Assembly: GCF_009914755.1 (NCBI RefSeq)
Contig: NC_060927.1
Reading direction: 5' to 3' (one strand)
DNA length: 64,000 nucleotides
DNA from: the human T2T-CHM13v2.0 reference genome, Homo sapiens
A program made the translations under genes and the position numbers. The stretch's first letter is position 1. Each line of letters begins with the position of its first letter. A model generated the notes under the pieces. The model was not told the DNA's origin. It was given only the letters and a program-made list of their open reading frames with translations, and made no database searches. Below, in pieces: positions 54,069 to 64,000 of the stretch.

Positions 54069-54229
54069 CAGGCAGAGTGGCACATGCCTGTAATCCCAGC
54101 TACTTGGGAGGATGAGGCAGGAAGATCGCTTGAACCCCGGAGGTAGAGGCTGTATTGAGCTATGATCACACCATTACACTCCAGTCTGGGCGACAGAGTA
54201 AGACTCTGTCTCTAAGAAAAAAAAAAAAG
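54069..54229 (+). mobile_element. Alu right monomer (FRAM/AluJ)
   Basis: Single monomer with A-tail; degenerate TSD agaatctcaac/agaagtcttac. Confidence 0.85.
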
Positions 54230-55330
54230 AAGTCTTACTAACACGGGCCATTTGGGGTTTCATAGTTCGGGGTGAAGTTTTAGGAGGGGAATAAAGTAAC
54301 TGAAACAGACTAAGTTGAAAAAAAATAAAGGGATTACACAATTGAAGTTACAAGAATTTCAGAAGCCAACAATCTTCAGACAGAGAAGCATATTGACATT
54401 TTTGGACAGATATGGAAAACCAAAGACATGGGAATTACAAGGAGAAAATGTGCCTTTTAGAAATGAGGGGCAGGAGGAGGGAAGAACAGCACAAGCTGGG
54501 GGAGTAATTACAGCAGGACACATTTAGTCTCAGACAGTTCTTTGATAACCAGAAAACAACACATTATAAAGTTAGAGATTTAATACTCATAAGGCCATCA
54601 TAGATAGAATCTTTACCAATGCTAGAAATAATTGAAAACAGAAGCATGCAATTGACCACTTTCTGGTTTCTTTGATTACTCCAAGCTGTTTGAAGAGCTG
54701 ATTTCTGGAAAGCATTTGAAAACTGGGCATACCAACCCTAACCATCTAATTGCCAATGAAGAAGAATGAATTATTCTGCAATTCTATTAAAGGTGAAAGA
54801 GGTCCCAGGGAACAATTCTAACAAAAATTGTATTGACTTGGGATAAAAGCTTGACTGGTGACAGCCCAGACTATTACAATATTGAGCCTGAGTTCAAAGA
54901 GAGTATAAGAGCAACTTTATGTTTGGCCACCTTTAGACAAGGTTACCACCCTCTACCAAGTATATGCCAACTTATTCAGATACGGCATTCCATTTCATAT
55001 ATGCTGTCCTTTCCTTACCCACCAAAGAAAAAAAAATGCTACCATATTTGTTTACCCTGACATTTACCTGGCTGTGTTAAGTTTTGCATTCAAGTCATTA
55101 TTTTGGCCATTGTCTAGTGTCAGATAAATTTATGATGGAGCAGCATCGATGGAACCACTCTTCTGAAGTTGTGGGCGGTTGGTTACCTTATGGAACTCAT
55201 TAACACTAGAATTGGATACAGCCTGAAAATAGAGGCAGATTGCAAGCAGATTTTGACAATTCTTGGATAACAGATCTTAATGGGTTATCAAGAAGAAAAA
55301 AAGTTCAACGATTGCCTATTGAACCTCTAT

Positions 55331-55576
55331 TAGCGTTGTCACATAGGAAACAAGACATCCTCTTAAATTTGAGTTTCAGGTAAACAATGGGTAATATTTA
55401 GTAAAATAAGGTCCCAAGGTAATAAGGTCTTAGTATAAAAAGGTCCCAGTGAGTATATGGGGCATACTTCTACTAAAGAAAGGTACTGTTTGTCTGAAAC
55501 TTGAATCTAACTGGTAACTGGCTTGCTTGTCTGCTTGCTTGCTTGCTTGTCTGTTTTTGCTAAATCTTGCAACTCC
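55331..55576. mobile_element. MER53 palindromic hAT MITE
   Basis: tagcgttgtca...ttaaatttgagtttcagg ... ctgaaacttgaatctaactgg...gctaaatcttgcaac. Confidence 0.7.
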
Positions 55577-55858
55577 AGTCTCTGCTGCTATAAAATCCTA
55601 TCTCACATGGGGTTAGTTTCTTAATTGGTGAGTAAGGCAAAAATTGCCTATCTTAAAAAATTATCATGTGAAATCTTTTAAATCACTCAAAATCAAGTCT
55701 ACTTGATTTTATATCATTGTGCTATTATATCTCTCAGTGATTCCAAAACAAATTATCTTACTTGAGTGTTGAAAAACTTCTCAGCTGAACACCAGATAAA
55801 GTTTTTAAATTGTATATTAAAATAAGCTGTATAAAATGCTGTATTAAAAACATACATT

Positions 55859-56191
<333 letters not shown>

Positions 56192-56528
56192 TTAATGTTT
56201 ATCAGACTAATGTAGCACTTTGTTTCAAATACTAAATAGCATACTTAATGACTTATAATGAAAAATAGCATTCCTCTACCCAACCTCTCTGGATACTTCA
56301 GTCCAATTCTCCATAGGCAACAAGCCCTCAATCCTTCTAGCTTTTTCCCTTAATATTTACTTTCATATTTATTTTAAAAAAACTATGCCTTTTTGCTTTT
56401 TTTCTGGTATAATGAAAATTTTATTGTTTCTATTTGGATAATTGATTAAATGAAACACTGTAACATTTTCCTAACACTAAATGGAAAATTTTCAATTGCT
56501 CTATGAAGTTAAATTACACTTATGTCAA

Positions 56529-56816
56529 TTTTTTTTTTAGATGGTCTCACAGTCTCACTGTGTTGCGCAGGCTTCAGTGCTATCATGACCCACTACAGCC
56601 TCAACCTTCTGGGTTCAAGTGATCCTCCCACCTCAGCCTCCCGAGTAGCTGGGACTTCAGGCATGCACCACTACACCCACCTAATTTTTATATTTTTGGT
56701 AGAGACTGGTTTTACTATGTTGCCCAGGTTGGTCTCAAATTCCTGAGCTCAAGGAATCTGTCCACCTCAGCATCCTAAAGTGCTGGGATTACAGGTGTGA
56801 GCCACCATGACCAGCC
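56529..56816 (-). mobile_element. AluJ
   Basis: cagcctcaaccttctgggttcaagtgatcctcccacctcagcc; tgttgcccagg. Confidence 0.9.
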
Positions 56817-56824
56817 AACTCCTT

Positions 56825-57075
56825 TTTTCTGTGGAGTACAGTATGATATTTCAATACACGTATGCAATGTACAATGATCAAATCAGAGTAATCAGCATAT
56901 CCAAAACGTCAAACATTTATAATTTCTTTGTGTTGAGAACACTGAAAGTCCATTCTTCTAGCTATTTGAAAATATGCAGTAAGTTATCGTTTATCATAGT
57001 CACCCTCCAGGGCTATAGAACACTAGAACTTATTTCTCCTGTCTACCTGTACTTTTGTACCCATTAACCAATCCG
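56825..57075 (-). mobile_element. L1MA 3' fragment
   Basis: aatgatcaaatcagagtaatcagcatatcc...tatagaacactagaacttatt. Confidence 0.8.
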
Positions 57076-58281
57076 TGTACTATTGTTTCTTAACTTAGCA
57101 ATTTCACACATTATCTATACATTTTATATTACTTTTGAATCAATCTGTATACTGTCACCATAACTTCTTCCTTGGGCAATCCTTCATTTTTCCTGGAGGC
57201 AATCATTGTCTCAGAGTTGTCTTTTTTTTTTAATTTGTCTGATTTTCTAAGCCCAAATTGCTAGTATTTTCCAAATGCCCCAACACCTCTGCCTTCTCAC
57301 CTATGAATAATGTTTTCCATTTACTTAGACACATCAGTTCCACTATTTTCTATCCCAAAGACCTCCCTCCCAGAACTTCACATCCATTTCCTCTACTCTG
57401 GACCTGTCTTTCCGTGCCTGCTGTCCAGGTCACATTCTGGGTCCTGTCCTTTGCAGTTCTCCTGTCTTGAAGTGTCTGTTTCTGAATTCCATGTTTGCTT
57501 TTGTTGTCTTTGTTGACCCCATTATTAAACCACACCCTCCAGAATCTTCCTAAGGAAGGCTGCCCTAAAAGCAAATATTTTGAATCCTCACAAGTATGAC
57601 AACACCATTTGTCTATTCTAAGTTGATAGGCTGAGTAGAATTTTAGCTTGAAGATTCTTTTCACTCAAAATTGTGTTGCTCTATTGCTTCCAGTTTTCTG
57701 GATTGCTGCTGATGAGAAATGACTCCTGATAACCCATACGTGACTCCCAATACCACATGACTTATTTTCTTCTCTTAAAGCTTGCAGAACTGGCTCTTCA
57801 ATTTTGGGGTTCTGAAACCTCATGATGATGTGCTTTCATGCAGGTCTGATCTCATCCATCGCACTAGGTGCTTATATTCATTTCCTAGGGCTGCTGTTAC
57901 AAAGAACCACCAGCTGAGTGGCTTAAAGCAACAGACATGTATTCTATTAAAGTTCTGGAAGCTGGATGTCCAAAATCAAGATGTCAACACGCCTGGCTCC
58001 TTCTGGAGGCTCTGAGGGAGTATCTGTTCCCTGCCTCTCTCCAAGGGTTGATGGTTGCTAGCAATGCTTGCCATTCCTTGGCTAAATTCGCATTATCACT
58101 CCAGTTTCTATTTGTATGAGGACTTCTTCCCTGTGCGTCTCCTCTATTTCTTTGTATGGCCTTCTTATAAGGACACCAGTCACTGGATATGGGCCCCATG
58201 CCAATCCAGTGTGACCTCATTTTAGCTTCACTGATTACATCTGCTACTTATTTGGAAAAACTATATTTCCAAATAAGATCA

Positions 58282-59103
58282 AGGCGTGGAAAAACTCAAA
58301 CTGTCTTATCTTCTTCTCTCACACCACCAACAACCACCAACACAGAATACCTCTGTGACCAAATGAGTGGGAGTTTTTCCTTACTCACCAAGCAGCAGGC
58401 ACCAGCTGAGTGTCCCCTAATTTAATTCTGACACCCTCTACCTGGAGATAGAGTAAGATCCCACAGGTTGAGGGCTGTCCCTCAAGACTGCCTCCCTCCT
58501 CCCCCAGACCCCAGTGGCAAGTCCAGGCTTCTGGAACTTTTCACCAACTGCTCCAAGTTGGGGTTCCCATGCTTCCCTCTTTGGGTTTGATTAATTTGCT
58601 AGAGTGATTCACAGAATGCAGGGAAACACTTACATTTACTGGTTTCTTATAAAGGATATTACAAAGGATACAGATGAAGAGATGCGTAAGGTGAGGTATG
58701 GGAAGGGGTATGGACCTTCCATGCCCTCCCTTGGTGAGCCATCCTCCAGTAGCCTCCATGATGTCCAGCTATCTGGAAGCTCTGCAAACCCTGTCCTTTT
58801 GGGTTTTTATGGAGGCTTCATCACATATGCATGATTAATTAAACCAGTGGCCATTGGTAATCAACTTGCACTTCAGACCCTCTCCCCTCCCTGAAGGTTA
58901 GGGGTGGGGCTGAAAGTCCCAGCCCTCTAATCCTGCCTTGATCTTTCTTGTGATCTGCCCCATCCTGAAGCTACCCTTGGATGGCCAGCCACCAGTCAAT
59001 CAGTAGCATATAAACAGACATCATTTTGGTAATTCTAAGAATTTTAGCAGTTTTATGCCAGAAAACGGGGTTGAAGACCAAATATATATTTCACAGTATC
59101 ACA
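58282..59103 (-). mobile_element. MER21-family LTR
   Basis: ctacctggagatag...atcccacaggttgagggct...gaagaccaaatatatatttcacagtatcaca; TSD atca/atca. Confidence 0.8.
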
Positions 59104-59157
59104 ATCACATTCTGAAGTTACAGGTCAACATAAATTTTGGGGGGACACCATTCAACC

Positions 59158-59814
59158 TGAGACAGGAATAATACAGGATGGTCACAGAATAGAAAATTCC
59201 AGGGGCAGTTTCACATGACTAGCAAAAGGAAACTGTTGAAATAGCTGCAGAACCTAGGGGCTAAGACCCTAAAATACAGAGTGTGGACCAAGCTGGCTAA
59301 GACCAACTGGACTCAACATGGCACTGAATTTGTCCTAGGTTTCACCTAGAACCTCATTATACGCTCATTAACATACTAAACATATACCCACCAGCACCAT
59401 GACAGTTCCAGGAATACCCATATTTGGTGTAAAAATGGGTGGCATCAGTTTTGAGAAATCTCCACCTTTTTCCAGGAATCTTCGTGAATATTCCACCCTT
59501 TGGTTAAAAAAAGTCCATAAAGGTGAAATCCCATACCCTCTTGTATGTCTCTTATGTGATTCTCTCTTGAGTATGCCCACACTCCCCATTTTTTTTGTTG
59601 TTTGTTTTGTTTTGTTTTGATACAAGGTCTCGCTCTGTTGCCCACACTGGAGTGCAGTGGCAGGAACACGGCTTGAGTATGTATTTTTCACTTTGCAATA
59701 AATGTCTGTACTTTCAATATTTTTTTACTCATCCTTGAATTCCTTCTTGTGATGGGGTCAAGAGCATGGACACTGGCTGGCATCAAGGTCCCACTGGCGT
59801 TTGGGACCATATCA
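59158..59814 (+). mobile_element. ERV1 MER4-group solo LTR (MER66-like)
   Basis: TGAGACAGGAATAATACAGG...CA termini, caccagcaccatgacagtt shared with the MER41 group; TSD aacc/aagc. Confidence 0.7.
59589..59674 (-). mobile_element. Short truncated Alu (J-like) inside the LTR
   Basis: T-rich tail plus ggtctcgctctgttgccc...ggagtgcagtggc. Confidence 0.8.
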
Positions 59815-60463
59815 AAGCCACTGTAGTGTTCATGAGTTCCTTTCATTCTGGAACTCACCTCCTTCACTTCCAGACATTTTTCTTGATTAATTGATGTTTT
59901 CCTTTCCTCTCTTTCCTCTAGTTTTGCTCCCTGAAATTTCTGTAACTTGCATCCCGAACCTCCTGGAATTATCGTCTAATTTTCCTATCCTTGCTCTCTT
60001 GTCCATTTCTTTTTGTTATGCCCATCTATGGAACTTTACATTTCAGCTTTAGTTTCCATTTCATTTCAGCTTTTTAATTTCCAAAAGTCTTTTCTTTTTC
60101 TCAGATTTCTCCCTTTTTTATAGCCTCTTGTTCTCATGTCATGGATGCAGTATCTTGTAATATCTCTGAGGAAATTAATTACTGGTTGTTGTTGCTGCTG
60201 CTACTGCTGTTATGTTTTTCTTTTCAAAGTTTTCTTGGGTTCTTACTTTGTTTCTGTTTCTTCCAGGAAGATAGAAATGTCTCTGTCTTTCAAGTTGAAG
60301 GCTTTCCTCAAACGTGTTGATCTTTTGATGTCCTTACTAAAAAGTGCAATACTAAAAAATCACATTAGAAGCTCTGTATGAATGGGAGAGTTTCACTTCA
60401 GTGTGCTGATACAATAACCTAATTCTCACATTCAGTTTCTCCAGAAAAGGAACACCTGGTCTC

Positions 60464-60747
60464 AGCCAGTCAGAGTGCCCCACACCTGTAATCCCAGCCC
60501 TTTAAGAGGTCAAGGAAGGAGGATCACTTGAGGCCAGGAGTTCAAAACCAGCCTGGGCAACATAGTGAGACTCCATCTCTAAAAAATAAAAATAAAAACA
60601 AAATTAGCAGGGTATGGTGGTGCACACCTGTAGTCCCATCTTCTCAGGAGGCTGAGGTGGGAGAATTTCTTGAGCCTAGGAAGTCAAGACACCACTGTAT
60701 TCCAGCCTGAGCAAGAGAGTAAGACCCTGTCTCTAAAATAAAAAAAT
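60464..60747 (+). mobile_element. AluJ with small right-arm deletion
   Basis: ggatcacttgaggccaggagttc; 19-bp TSD aaaaggaacacctggtctc/aaaagaaacagctagtctc. Confidence 0.92.
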
Positions 60748-61661
60748 AAAAGAAACAGCTAGTCTCTCATCAAGTTGGATAGAGAGAGTGGATAGAGGAG
60801 AGTATACTGGTGAAGCAGAATGGACAGGGAATCTGGGCTTTTATTGCTCCATTTTTTTTTTCAAATAGTCTCTCTGTGTGTTCAACCCCATTCATTACCC
60901 CTGCCCTAAGTAGTGATGTGTTAGATGAATACAGAATAAAAAAGGAAAGTTAGTATTTTTTAGGGCTTAAAGTATACCAGGTATTTTCGCTGACTTTTAA
61001 AAATTTTATTTCTTATATTTGAGGGCTGCAATCAAACAAATCTTCTCCTCAAATATTGCCATTTGAGTGGATAAGAACGATTTTAAAAGTGTCTTACCTT
61101 ATATATGATGTGGAAAGGAAGAGATGGCATTTGTTGGTAACTTGTCAAAGCTGTGTGGGAGAATTGTGGAACAGGTGTGGGATGAGGCTGCAGTAGTAAG
61201 TGGAGTTGAGAAATCCCTATGTGGTGAGGCATGCAATGCCAGTTGGGAAACAATATTGGTCTCAGACTATAGCTAAAGGCAATTCACGGGGTGAGAAGGA
61301 CGGAGCCAACATGCTCAGAACACTTGTGGTTAAGAGCATAGCACTTGGTTTGCCAGGAGTCTGGGTGTGAGTCCATGTCTTCTCACCAACTCACGCTCCC
61401 ATTCCTATCCATTCTGAATTCTCCATTACTGCTCCGAATCGCCTTCCTGCTTGTGCTTTTCTGAAGAGTGTCAGGCCTCACTGGACACCACCCCAGTGCC
61501 TTCACTCCACATCACAACCCAGACAAAGGATAGTATATGCGTTCCTCTACAGATGGCTTAGAAAAGAGTGAACGGGCAGAGGGCAGAGGAGGGGAAGTGT
61601 ACCCACAGCACTTTACAGAGATTGGCTGAAGATTGGATTTTGGCCATCCATGGTTTTTTAG

Positions 61662-62010
<349 letters not shown>

Positions 62011-62303
62011 AAAATTCAGTTATCTTTGTTTCCATTTTCTACCTTAAGAATTGTACAGAGACCATCATTTTACTGATAAATATATTTTGATAAACAAATC
62101 CAGAAACAAGTGTTGCCATCCCTTAAAAAGACAGATGTGACTGCACATTTTTTTAGTACAGTTTGTCTTTTCTCACATCTACACATAGTTTGGACACATT
62201 TTTATAAATATATATGTATGTATGCACATACACATACTTCATATATGTATTTATATATGATGTGCTATATATATTATATATGTATAGATATATATTACAT
62301 CTA

Positions 62304-63814
<1,511 letters not shown>

Positions 63815-64000
63815 TACACATGTGTGTGTGCTCGTGTGTATCATAAATTTACACAGATATATAGAGAAGAGAAAGTGGAGTTTGGAATGGTATCTACCAA
63901 AACTCTTAATAAAGGTTATAGTAATTTTCTCTGGAAAGGGCTGTTAGAGAGGATGTCCTTTTCACAGAAATACATCACTCAAATAATGAGAAAATAAAAG

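Larger units (their letters stand above)
57872..59825 (-). mobile_element. MLT1B/C LTR, split by MER21 and MER66-like LTRs
   Basis: tttcctagggctgctgttacaaa...tttccaaataagatca | cattctgaag...ggacaccattcaacc | cactgta. Confidence 0.8.

Noticed and set aside
55331-55576. MER53 as a miR-1302-type hairpin gene
   Set aside because: The arms are heavily diverged and interrupted by internal duplications and a (GCTT)n tract; no evidence of a processed hairpin.

Overview
This is primate genomic DNA, most likely hominoid/human: AT-rich, CpG-depleted, with AluJ/S/Y, L1PA and THE1/MST elements. It is intergenic or deep-intronic. I find no credible protein-coding exon, RNA gene, CpG island or CRISPR array. 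All long ORFs in the track are decayed LINE-1 ORF2 fragments or Alu/LTR read-through. Much of the window is transposon-derived: four L1PA and several L1PB/L1M pieces, nine Alu copies or fragments, MaLR/ERV solo LTRs (THE1, MST, MLT1, LTR16, LTR33, MER41, MER21, MER66-like), hAT and Tigger DNA transposons, MIR and L2, often nested 3-4 deep. There is also a 950-bp minisatellite (32 x 29/31 bp) and an (AAGGG)n tract. I see no evidence of a new multi-gene system. The most interesting signals are structural or regulatory. (1) Repeated fold-back and templated-insertion scars, including a perfect AT-rich palindrome built inside an MST LTR and later hit by an Alu, and a ~50-bp copy of a neighbouring L1 captured in a TG microsatellite. 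(2) An L1 inserted almost at its own homologous position in another L1. (3) A possible short L1 3' transduction. (4) An AluY with a C<->G-rich, CpG-sparing mutation spectrum. (5) Candidate interferon-responsive modules: RFX-ISRE-RFX in unique DNA, and paired GAS sites in an ERV1 LTR. (6) Two candidate non-coding exons. Repeat subfamily names come from recalled consensus sequences, not a database run, and boundaries of old repeats are approximate.
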